From an uncultured Oleiharenicola sp. (GTDB lineage: Bacteria > Verrucomicrobiota > Verrucomicrobiia > Opitutales > Opitutaceae), in assembly GCA_964652485.1 (NCBI GenBank), contig CAZZDB010000001.1, forward strand, positions 1,898 through 65,897: 64,000 bases of DNA, written 5' to 3'. The position numbers were made by a program, and so were the translations under genes. This document shows, piece after piece, positions 21,383 through 30,503 of the stretch. The notes below the pieces were generated by a model. The model did not search any database. It saw only the letters and a program-made list of their open reading frames with translations, and was not told the origin of the DNA. Each line of letters begins with the position of its first letter. Position 1 is the stretch's first letter.

Positions 21383-22942
21383 CTATTTGGCCCACGCCTC
21401 GCCCTCCGGCGTGCGCCGCCAGGCGAAGTATCCGTCGAGCACCTCGAGCGCGGCGGCGCTGGGTACCGGGCCGGGCCGCGCCTCGTTGTGGAAGTACATC
21501 ACCTGGCGATCGCTTTCGGTGAACTCGGGCCAGTGCGGCACGCCCGCGCCGTTAGGATTGCCCTGTTTGGCAAAGTTCGTCCAGTAGGTGGACATCGTCT
21601 CGGAGATGGTGAAGTCGCCCGGCTTGAGTTTGGGGTCGTGGCGATCGAAGGTTTGGAAGACGTAGGGTACGTCGACCCCGTGCGGTGTCCCATGGTCAGC
21701 CTCGGGCGAGCCGGCGGGATGTTCCGCGTGCTGGTCGAAGTGATAGTAGAAAACCTTGGACTTGCCGGTCCGCGCCTGCAGCGTTGCCCAAGCCCACGTC
21801 TGCCAGCCGAACGCCGCGTCGCGCATCAGGTCGCGGGCGCTCTTCGGCACGGAATCCTTGCCGACGGTGTAGACCGCAAGCAGCTTGTCGGCGTAGGGAC
21901 CGTAGCGCTTCTGGGTGTTGGCGATGAATTCCGCAGGCGTCTTTTCCCGGGAGAAGCTCAAGCCCTCGTCGGAGTTGTAGCCAACGAGGATGGCCACGTC
22001 ATTGTATTTGCCCGCCTCGTAGAGCTTGTGCTGGTCGCCGGGGATCACCCAGCCGTCGACGATGGGCCAGGCGGAGCCGCTGCCCCAGCCGGTGGGGAGC
22101 TTGTCGGGGGCGACCTTGCGAAGCTCCGCGAGTGATGACGCCCCGGCCTTCCGCGCGAATTCCACGCCGGACGCCTCGGCCTCGGCCAGCCCCCGCATGT
22201 TTTCACCCGGGTAAGTGGTGGGGCGGGTGGGGCCGAATGAGCCGCCGCTCTGCGAAATAGCGCCGCGGAATAGACCGTGGGCGAGAGGCGACGCGCACAG
22301 TTCGCTGACGGCGATCCCGCCCGCCGACTCGCCGAAGATCGTGACCTTATCAGGGTCGCCGCCGAAGGCCGCGATGTTCCGCTTCACCCATTGCAGGCCC
22401 GCGATCATGTCCTGCAGGCCGTAATTGCCGGAAACGCGGTGCGGCGACTCGGCGCTCAGGTCCGGATGCGCGAGGAAACCGAGCGGGCCGACGCGATAGT
22501 TGATGCTGACGAGCACCACGCCCTTGCGCGCGAGGTGCTCGCCGTTGTGGACCGGGGTCGAGGTGGAGCCGAAGGAGAACCCGCCCCCGTAGATCCAGAC
22601 GAGCACCGGCACCCGCTCGCTCGCGGACTTGGCGGGCGTCCAGACATTCACGTAGAGGCAATCCTCGCTCACGTTTCCCTTGCCGTCGCCCTGGTAGGGA
22701 TCCGGCCCGAATTTGTCGGCCGGGCGCACACCCTCCCACTTCGCGGCGGGCTGCGGTGCACGCCAGCGGAGGTCGCCGACCGGCGGAGCGGCGAAGGGAA
22801 TGCCCTTGTAGACGGTGAGGCCGGGTTCGACGGTGCCTTGTACGGGTCCGTTCTCGGTCATGACCGGCGTGGGTTGCTGCGCAAGGCCCAGCGCGGTGGC
22901 GAATGTGGCGAGAAAGGCGACCAGGTTGATTCGGTTCGTCAT
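21383..22942 (-). CDS. Type-B carboxylesterase (PnbA-like), secreted
   Basis: GIPFAAPPVGDLRW, SEDCLY, WIYGGGF, FGESAGG. Confidence 0.92.
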   Translation of the reverse strand: MTNRINLVAFLATFATALGLAQQPTPVMTENGPVQGTVEPGLTVYKGIPFAAPPVGDLRWRAPQPAAKWEGVRPADKFGPDPYQGDGKGNVSEDCLYVNVWTPAKSASERVPVLVWIYGGGFSFGSTSTPVHNGEHLARKGVVLVSINYRVGPLGFLAHPDLSAESPHRVSGNYGLQDMIAGLQWVKRNIAAFGGDPDKVTIFGESAGGIAVSELCASPLAHGLFRGAISQSGGSFGPTRPTTYPGENMRGLAEAEASGVEFARKAGASSLAELRKVAPDKLPTGWGSGSAWPIVDGWVIPGDQHKLYEAGKYNDVAILVGYNSDEGLSFSREKTPAEFIANTQKRYGPYADKLLAVYTVGKDSVPKSARDLMRDAAFGWQTWAWATLQARTGKSKVFYYHFDQHAEHPAGSPEADHGTPHGVDVPYVFQTFDRHDPKLKPGDFTISETMSTYWTNFAKQGNPNGAGVPHWPEFTESDRQVMYFHNEARPGPVPSAAALEVLDGYFAWRRTPEGEAWAK

Positions 22943-23159
22943 GGGGTAGCAGAGTCAAGTCTCCAAGGGTATAGGTGGGCACCGCCGCCCACCCGAATTC
23001 AGGGCGAAGACGCTTCACTTAGAATCGCCCCCGGACGGCGGCAACCATGATTCAGGATTACCGTTCGGTGCGAGGAGCAGGCCGATGGATTCTGCGTTCG
23101 AGCGGCCGTGTCTCCTCGGTGGAAGCATCGCGTCCCGGCTGGCCCGGCGGATCACACGA

Positions 23160-24497
23160 CTACTCGAATGTGATCCAGTCCAGATCGACGGGGTCGCTGC
23201 GGGTTGAGGTGATGACGAGGTCGTGAACCCCGGTGGGAAAGTCTTGGGCCTTGGCTCCGAAGACCTGCCATTCCGGGCCTTTCTTGATTTTGATCCGGCC
23301 GAGCAGGGGACCATCGACCTGGTCCAGATGGATTTCAATGGCTCCTCCCTTGGCTGAAACCGCCCGCAGGTTCACCCTCTTCAGGCCACCCTGGCCGAAA
23401 TCGACATCGTTAAACCGGGTCCAGACCGATTTCCCGACCAGCGAGATCTTCCACCCGGCGTGCAGGTCGGCGGCATTGAGAAACGCCACCGCGACGCCCT
23501 CGCCACTGGTCGCACTATACCGGTCAAGCTGAATCCTGCTTTTCGCCCCCACCAGTCCGACCCCGCGCAGCGTCGGGACGACTTTCCGGATCGTGCCGTC
23601 CGCGTTGAAGAACAGGCGGTCGGCCCGGATCGACCGGTTCTTATCGAAGTCCGGGGACAAATCCTTGTCATGGTAGAAGAGATACCACTCACCTTGGTAT
23701 TAGACGATCGAGTGATGCACGGTCCAGCAGCCGCTGGAGGATTCATCAAGGATCACCCCGGCCGGTTTGAAGGGCCCCAGCGGATGGTCGCCCATCGAGT
23801 ATTCGATCCGTTCAGTTTTGTTCTCAACATGCGGATAGGTCAGGTAATAGATTCCGTTTCGCTCGAAGACGAACGGCCCCTCCAGCAGGCCTTTGGCCGG
23901 CAAATTGTCGATCACCTTGGCCGGCCCGTCCAACTCCAGCATGTTCTCCTTCAGTTTCGCCCCGAGGATTTTTCCCCGGGAGTAGAACAGATAGGCGCTG
24001 CCATCCCGGTCGATGAAGAGGCCGGGATCGATTCCGTGCACGCCCTCGATCGGCCTGGGCTCTGGCCTGAAGGGACCGGAGGGCTTGTCCGCAACGGCAA
24101 TGCCGATGCCAAATCCTCCCGCCTTCGTCACCGCGGGAAAATAGAAATAGTACTTCCCGTTTTTGAAGACGCAGTCGGGTGCCCACATGCTGTAAGCGGT
24201 GGGATTGGCCCAGTCGACTCCGGTCTGGCTGAGGATGACGCCATGATCGGTCCAATCCGTCAGGTTCACGGAGGAGAAAACATGGTAATCCTCCATGCAA
24301 AACCAGTCGGGGCGGCTCTTGCCCGGAACCGGAGGGATGTCGTGGGACGGATAGACATAAACCCGGCCCTCAAAGACCCGCGCCGTCGGGTCGGCGGTGA
24401 ACTGATCCATGATCAGCGGATTGGTCGCGAGCGCGGTGCCGGCCGAAAACAATCCGGCGACGCCGATGGTGGGGAGGCGAAATCTCAAGGGTTTCAT
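23160..24497 (-). pseudogene. GH43 + CBM6 xylosidase/arabinoxylan arabinofuranohydrolase interrupted by an in-frame TAA at 23700-23702
   Basis: TADPTARVF, WAPD, IDP, EGPF, then HHSIV*YQGEWYLFYHDKDLSPDFDKNRS continuing in the same frame into a CBM6-like domain. Confidence 0.8.
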
Positions 24498-24709
24498 TTC
24501 ATTGTCCTGGGCAACGGCCGCGACGTTGGTGCGGGTGCCGGCCGGAAGGATTCGTCGCGCCACCGAGTTCAGAACTCATCGGGTGTCAAAGATGGTTTTG
24601 CTTCGGAGTGACCCTCCCGGCGCCAGTCGCGGTCGGTATGGCCAGCGGGTCACGGCTCGATGGCAGCACGCATCCTGGGCCGCCGCCTCGGTTCGACAAG
24701 AATCCAACG

Positions 24710-25564
24710 TTATTTGGATTCGCCCTGCTGGTTGGCGAGCAGCGGCAGCATGGTTTCGGCATAGCGCTTGCCCAGCTCCCGGTAGCCCTCGGGCGTGAAA
24801 TGCAGATGGTCGGGCCGGCCGATGCAACCCAGCGAGGAGACGATATGGGCGGTGGAAATGACCTTCGGCAGTCCGTCGATGATTTCGTTCATGCTCGCGC
24901 AGGCGCCCTTCTGGTCCGCCCCCATGAGCTCCCCGGCGAGCAGCGGCACGTCCGCGGCCTTCAGGTCGAGGTCCTTGAGCAGGTTTTCGTAGATGGCTTT
25001 GACCTTGGCCGGCCACTCCCTGTCGCTCGTGTTGGACTCACCCTGGTGCAGCAGGATGCCCTTGATGACGCCGGCCTTCCGGGCGGTTTTCGCCATTTCC
25101 ACCAGGTGCTGATAGGGATTCCCGTCGTAGGCGGCGATCATGGCTTTCATCCAGGCGGGGGCCGTGGCTGCGTAGGACTGGTAGTTAGTCTTGTCGAACA
25201 GCTCGATCTTGCTGCCGGCCACGGCAACGTTGACCACGCCAACCTTGATACCCACCGGCAGGCTCGCGACCAGCGTGCGGCCAAAGTAATCGGCTGGGCA
25301 GAGGCCGGTCGAGGGCCGGCATAGCGGCGGGACGGCGGGATACCAGTTGCCCTTGACTCGGTCCAACTTGGGAAAGTCAACCGCCGCCAGAACCTGGAAG
25401 CGTGGGTCCACGGGCCCCTTGTCCTGTTCTTGAATCCCCGGAAAACCCTCCATGTTGGACTGCCCAAAACACAGGAAGATGAAAAAGTTCTTGTCTTGGG
25501 CATGGGCGTTGGCGGCCAGCAGGAGCAATCCCGCCAGGGCGAGTTGTCGGAATATTGTTTTCAT
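24710..25564 (-). CDS. CE6/SASA-domain acetylxylan esterase
   Basis: FLCFGQSNMEG, LLHQGESN, DHLHF SGNH-type motifs. Confidence 0.9.
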   Translation of the reverse strand: MKTIFRQLALAGLLLLAANAHAQDKNFFIFLCFGQSNMEGFPGIQEQDKGPVDPRFQVLAAVDFPKLDRVKGNWYPAVPPLCRPSTGLCPADYFGRTLVASLPVGIKVGVVNVAVAGSKIELFDKTNYQSYAATAPAWMKAMIAAYDGNPYQHLVEMAKTARKAGVIKGILLHQGESNTSDREWPAKVKAIYENLLKDLDLKAADVPLLAGELMGADQKGACASMNEIIDGLPKVISTAHIVSSLGCIGRPDHLHFTPEGYRELGKRYAETMLPLLANQQGESK

Positions 25565-25635
25565 GAGGGTCATTGAAATGGCGAAATAATCGAGGGCGTG
25601 TGGGGACCGGGGGAGGAGGACAGTGCCCGAGTGGC

Positions 25636-26406
25636 TCAGGGAGCTTCTTCGAGGAGTCGGGCGGTCTCGGCCGGCTTGGTGAGGTGTACTACGTGGGTTC
25701 CTTCCATGATCTCCACCTTCCAGCCGCGAGCCTTCGCGCGTTGGTAGTAGCGGAAGAACGCGTCCTGCTCCGGCGTCTTGCCCGGATCGACGGTCAGGAT
25801 GTAGGTCGTCGGAATGCGGCGCGCCTCTTTTTGATGTTCCAGCTTGATCGGCTCGGTGAAGGTTTTCTCCGACTGCGGCACGACATGCGGGACAGGTTTG
25901 CCGGTTTGGTCGCCCAGCGGGATGAAGCCGTTGACCGCTGGCCGGCGGTGGGCGGCGGCTTCGGGGCCCATCGAGGTGTAGACGCTCTCGCCGTCCTCCG
26001 GCAGGAACGCGTCGAGGTAAATGACATGCTTGAGCCGGCGCGCCACTCGGTCCGCGACACCGGTGATCACCATGCCGCCGTAGCTGTGGCCCACGAGCAC
26101 GACATCATGCAGGTCCTCCCATTCGATGAAGTTGACGACATCCTGGATGTGCAGGCTCAGGCCCACCTCAGGCGAGGCGAGGTGGGAACGATCGCCCTGG
26201 CCGGTCAGCGTCATCCGATATACGGTATGGCCGTCGGCCTGCAACGCCTCCGCGAGTTTCTTGTGCTCCCAGCCGCCGGCCCAGGCGCCATGGACGATGA
26301 CGTAGGTGTACTTCGGCTTGGCGGGAGATGGGGGCGACGGCTCCGCGCCGGCCAGCGACTGGAGGGCGAAGAGGAGGCCAAAGATGCAGCCGGTGAGTTT
26401 GCGCAT
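25636..26406 (-). CDS. Secreted alpha/beta hydrolase (methylesterase-like), third paralog
   Basis: VIVHGAWAGGWE, GHSYGGMVI, YLDAFLP. Confidence 0.85.
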   Translation of the reverse strand: MRKLTGCIFGLLFALQSLAGAEPSPPSPAKPKYTYVIVHGAWAGGWEHKKLAEALQADGHTVYRMTLTGQGDRSHLASPEVGLSLHIQDVVNFIEWEDLHDVVLVGHSYGGMVITGVADRVARRLKHVIYLDAFLPEDGESVYTSMGPEAAAHRRPAVNGFIPLGDQTGKPVPHVVPQSEKTFTEPIKLEHQKEARRIPTTYILTVDPGKTPEQDAFFRYYQRAKARGWKVEIMEGTHVVHLTKPAETARLLEEAP

Positions 26407-26427
26407 GGGGCGAGGGCTGCATTATAC

Positions 26428-29025
26428 TCAGAGCTTCACGGCGGTGGTCTGCCGGATGTCGGCGGAGGAGGCGCCGGCACCGATGGTCCAGTCGCCGGCG
26501 GGAACGGCATAATCCTTGAGGTTCTCACTCCAGCGCCGCAGCGCCGTGGCCGGCACGGCGATGTTCACGGTCTGGGTCTCACCGGCCTTGAGGTGGACGC
26601 GGTCGAACCCGGAGAGGGCCCGGTGCTCGCGCGGGTGGGACGCGACGGGAGGCGTGGCATACAGCTGGACGACCTCGTCGCCGTCCCGGGCGCCGGTGTT
26701 GGTCAACTCCAATGTAACCGCCAAGGTGCCGTTGGCGGCGGGAGTCGCGCGCAGGTTGGCGTAACGGAAAGTGGTGTAGCTCAGGCCGTGGCCGAACGCA
26801 TAAAGCGGCTTGCCATCAAAATAGCGGTAGGTGCGCCCGGCCATCCGGTAGTCCCTGAAGTCGGGCAGGTCCGCGGTCGTGCGGTAGAAGGTGATCGGCA
26901 GCCGGCCGGCCGGATTGTACTTGCCGAGCAGCACGTCCGCCACCGCGGTGCCCCCCGCCTGGCCGGGATACCACGCCTGGAGAATGGCGCCCAGGTTCTG
27001 GTCCGCCCAGGGCAGTGCGATCGCGCTGCCGGACAGGTTGACGAACACGATCGGCTTGCCGGTGGCGCGCAGTTTTTCGAGCAGCTGCTGCTGGATGACC
27101 GGGAGTTCGATGCCCAGCCGGTCGCCGCCGGAAAATCCCTCGTAGTCCACCTCCATTTCCTCACCTTCGAGCTGGGCCGAGATGCCGCCGACGAACACGA
27201 TCACGTCGGCCGTCTTCGCCGTCTCCAGAGCCTCGGCGAGGCCGGCGTCCGCCACCGGCGTGTTCCACTCGACCGAGACCTTCACCGGGCCGTCGCCCTG
27301 AACGTATTCCAGCTTGAGCGGAAGCGAGGCATTGTCCGCGAGGCGGTGGGTGGCGCTCACCTGCCGCTCCTTGCCTTCCTCGCCCGGGGGCGGAGTCCAC
27401 GAGTCGATGATCGTCTCGCCGCCAAGGATGAGGCGGAAGCCGCCGCGGCCGTGCACGACGAACTGGTAATCGCCCGCGAGCGTGGTCTGCAGGTCGCCGC
27501 TCCAGCGCGCCGCGATGCCCTTGTCCGGCACACCGGCGGGCCGGCCGTCGAAGAAGTGCAGGGGTGCCCCGAAGTCGAAGTTCAGCGGGCGTTCGGTGCG
27601 CTTCGCCGCCGGTTCGCCGCTCAGTTCGCGGTTGGCAAAGTATTCTCCGTTGACCCAACCGCTGGCGACCTGCCGCAGCGTGGTCGGCCGCACCGCGTAG
27701 TCGCAGCCATGGGCGTAGTCGACCTGCACGCCGGCCGGTTCGAGCGCGGCCTTCAGGCCGGCGAGGATGGTCACCGGCGCGGAAGGCGAGCCGTTGTAGT
27801 TGCCGAGCAGCGCCGGCACCGAGGTGGCGTTCGGCCCGATGACCGCGACGCGGTGCAGGCGCTCCGGCTTGAGGGGCAGCACCCCGTCGTTCTTCAGCAG
27901 CACCATCGCCTCGCGGGCGGCCTGCAGCGCGAGCGCGCCGTGCTCCGGAGTGTCGTTCTGGGCCGGCGCGATCCGGTTGTAAGGTACGCGCTCCTTCGGG
28001 TCGAAGAAGCCGAGCCGGAACATGGTCCGCAGCAGCGCGCCGAGCCGGTAATCGAGTTCCGCCTCGGAGATGAAGCCGCGCTTGACCGCTTCGGCCAGGG
28101 CGGCCGATTCCGATCCGCAGCGTACGTCCATGCCCGCCCGCAGGGTCAGGGCGTTGGCCTCCGCCGCGTCCGCCGCCCGCTTGTAGGTGCGGCTGAGGTC
28201 ATCCACCGAGCCGCAGTCGGAGGTGACGTGGCCGTTGAAGCCCCATTTTGCCAGCAGGGTGTAGAGCAGCGGGTTCATCGAGCAGGGCGTGCCGTTGATC
28301 GAGTTGTAGGCGGTCATCACGATTTCCACATGGCCCTCGCGCACGAGGGCCTCAAAGGCCGGCAGGTAGGTCTCATACAGGTCCGCCGCGGAGGGCGTGA
28401 CGTCGAAGTTGTGCCGCAGCGACTCGGGGCCGCTGTGCACGGCGAAATGCTTCGCGCAGGCCGCGGCTTGGAGATAGTCAGGGTTGTCGCCCTGCAGGCC
28501 ATGGACGAATGCCACGCCGAGGCGGGCGGTGAGGAACGGGTCCTCACCATAGGTTTCCTGCCCGCGGCCCCAGCGTGAGTCGCGGAAAATGTTGATGTTC
28601 GGCGACCAAAAGGTGAGGCCGTGGAAGATCGTTCCCTCTTGTGGCGTGCCGACGTAGCCGTTGAATTTCGCGCGACCCTCGGTGCCGACGACGTGCGCGA
28701 TTTTCTGGTGCAGCGTTGCGTCCCACATCGCGGCGAGGCCGATGGCCTGCGGGAACACGGTCGCCGTGCCGGCGTTCGCCACGCCGTGCAGCGCCTCGCT
28801 CCACCAGTCGTATTTGGGGATGCCGAGCCGCGGCACGCCGGGCGTCGAGTTGCTCATCAAGGCGGCCTTCTCCTCAAGCGTCAGGCGTGCGATGAGATCG
28901 TGCACGCGCGCCTCCTGCGGCTGCGCCGGGTCGAGATAGCGCGGACGGGGCTCCTCCGCGGACAATGATGTGCCGGAGATCAGAAGGGCGGCGACCAGCA
29001 AGGTTTTGGGGGACAACGTGGTCAT
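26428..29025 (-). CDS. GH3 beta-xylosidase/glucosidase with PA14 insert and Fn3-like C-terminus
   Basis: WWSEALHG, WSPNINIFRD, RWGRGQETYGEDP, KHFAVH, VTSDC, PFG-like AFGHGLSY. Confidence 0.93.
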   Translation of the reverse strand: MTTLSPKTLLVAALLISGTSLSAEEPRPRYLDPAQPQEARVHDLIARLTLEEKAALMSNSTPGVPRLGIPKYDWWSEALHGVANAGTATVFPQAIGLAAMWDATLHQKIAHVVGTEGRAKFNGYVGTPQEGTIFHGLTFWSPNINIFRDSRWGRGQETYGEDPFLTARLGVAFVHGLQGDNPDYLQAAACAKHFAVHSGPESLRHNFDVTPSAADLYETYLPAFEALVREGHVEIVMTAYNSINGTPCSMNPLLYTLLAKWGFNGHVTSDCGSVDDLSRTYKRAADAAEANALTLRAGMDVRCGSESAALAEAVKRGFISEAELDYRLGALLRTMFRLGFFDPKERVPYNRIAPAQNDTPEHGALALQAAREAMVLLKNDGVLPLKPERLHRVAVIGPNATSVPALLGNYNGSPSAPVTILAGLKAALEPAGVQVDYAHGCDYAVRPTTLRQVASGWVNGEYFANRELSGEPAAKRTERPLNFDFGAPLHFFDGRPAGVPDKGIAARWSGDLQTTLAGDYQFVVHGRGGFRLILGGETIIDSWTPPPGEEGKERQVSATHRLADNASLPLKLEYVQGDGPVKVSVEWNTPVADAGLAEALETAKTADVIVFVGGISAQLEGEEMEVDYEGFSGGDRLGIELPVIQQQLLEKLRATGKPIVFVNLSGSAIALPWADQNLGAILQAWYPGQAGGTAVADVLLGKYNPAGRLPITFYRTTADLPDFRDYRMAGRTYRYFDGKPLYAFGHGLSYTTFRYANLRATPAANGTLAVTLELTNTGARDGDEVVQLYATPPVASHPREHRALSGFDRVHLKAGETQTVNIAVPATALRRWSENLKDYAVPAGDWTIGAGASSADIRQTTAVKL

Positions 29026-29402
29026 GTTTTAGGGGCGACACTGAAAGTTTGGGCCAGCGCGACGGGTTTCGACGAAAGCGGACGGGTAAATTGCCGGAAA
29101 GCGAATACATCCGGACCAAATAACATCAATGGCAGATTTTTTGAGCCATGAAAGTCGACCGGATCCGTGCATGGCTCCGGGCCTTCCGGCGCGGACTGCG
29201 CGTGGCCGACAACATTCTGCGGTCGGCTGACGGAGAAGTCTCCGGTGCTGCAGCCGAATGGCGTGCGAGCCGCATGCGTTTGGACCGGCTCATCTCGCAA
29301 GGAAATGTGTGGAGTTCCGGAATGTGGGAGCCACACTCAAATGAGCCTGTTCGAGAGGGCGGCTTTTCCCATTTGGTGGACTTCCGCCTCCCGGTCCACT
29401 CC

Positions 29403-29572
29403 ATGCGTTCCGAAATTGCCCAGTTCTGGCGAGACGGTCTCGATGTGATCTTCCCGCGCAGCTGCGTGCATTGCGGCGGGCTGCCGGAGGGCGGACGCTT
29501 GCGGCACCTGTGTCCGGCGTGCGATCGCATGCTCTTCGTCGTCGCGCCGCCGCATTGCACGACCTGCGGTCA
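29403..29572 (+). pseudogene. comF: ComF family protein, 5' fragment (start of double zinc ribbon)
   Basis: MRSEIAQFWRDGLDVIFPRSCVHCGG...LCPAC...PPHCTTCG, then similarity ends abruptly. Confidence 0.85.
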
Positions 29573-29687
29573 GGTCAATGTATTATTGGGCGCATACTCA
29601 GCCGGTTCGTGCGCACGGTAGCCGGGATGACGGGTTTAGATAACTATATCGCAAATTGTCCAGAAAGGTTATGAATGTTGTGTGTGC

Positions 29688-29723
29688 GCCGCTGCCGGGA
29701 GTCATGCCCCGGCAGCGGCCTAC
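29688..29723 (-). repeat. GTAG-type REP-like hairpin
   Basis: Minus strand GTAG GCCGCTGCCGGG GCATGACT CCCGGCAGCGGC: GTAG tetranucleotide plus a perfect 12-bp stem. Confidence 0.5.
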
Positions 29724-29734
29724 ACCCTGACTAA

Positions 29735-30108
29735 ATGAAAACCTCGGTGCTGATCTGCGCCCGGCGCGATCCCGACCTGCCGGCCGTCGTCACGCGGGAA
29801 CTCAGCTTCCGCAAAATCATGCCGGACCTCATCCTGTTTGAAGCGATGGGTTCAGGCACCCTGAAGATCCGCATCGTGCCGGAGCCGGGCGACCATGCGA
29901 TCCTCGACCGGTTGCTGATGAACCTGGGGCGCGCAGGCCGGCGTGCAGTCGATCGTGGCGACACCCTTCGACGGGTGGAGCCAGTCTGCGCGCGCGGTAG
30001 ACTAAAGAAGCAGATACCGCTTCCATCTTCGCCAAGCTCGGCGTCGAGAGCCGTGCCCGCGCTGTGGCCCAACTGCATGAGCGCACGGGTGTGTTGGGGC
30101 CGCTCTGA
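29735..30108 (+). pseudogene. Decayed LuxR/NarL-type response regulator remnant
   Basis: Receiver-like MKTSVLI...PDLIL in one frame; LuxR HTH tail ASIFAKLGVESRARAVAQL* in another frame. Confidence 0.6.
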
Positions 30109-30503
30109 TTAAGTCAGGGGCGGATCAGCGACCTGGTGCCAGCCTGTCGGCACATGGTCGCCCGCCCCCGGCTTCAAGTCCCTGGAGTCGCCAGACGACA
30201 GGGTGTTGAAGCCGCTGACCGGATACTCGCTGGCCGGCGGAGCGTGTCTGCGACCCTCGCGCCTCTCGGCCCACAGCCGACCGCCGCTGGGAAGCCATCG
30301 GCCGCCACCCGGTGTAACCCCCGGTTCGCTTGGGATATTTTCCCTTCCGCTCGCGATTGACCCCAAGCAATCCCTTCGTCATCCGTCCTCCGTGTAGGCT
30401 TCCCGGGCCGGAAGACACTGCATCCGTTGATGCCCGCTTTTCTCAATTTCTTCCGGCCGTTTTCTCTCATGCCCTCCTCGAGCCTGATCAGCCCCGTCAA
30501 TCC

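Noticed and set aside
25573-28578. 1001-aa plus-strand ORF
   Set aside because: Antisense shadow of the GH3 and hydrolase genes.
29374-29381. TGGTGGAC match to the tRNA-Val 3' end as an att site
   Set aside because: Only about 8 bp, expected by chance; the intervening DNA holds core genes and no integrase.
29148-29621. 157-aa ORF as an intact gene
   Set aside because: Only 29403-29572 is ComF-like; the upstream part is open intergenic sequence and the tail is read-through into the insert.
29573-29660. dif/Xer-like site at the left end of the insert
   Set aside because: AT-rich with only a partial resemblance to one arm; no 11-6-11 match.
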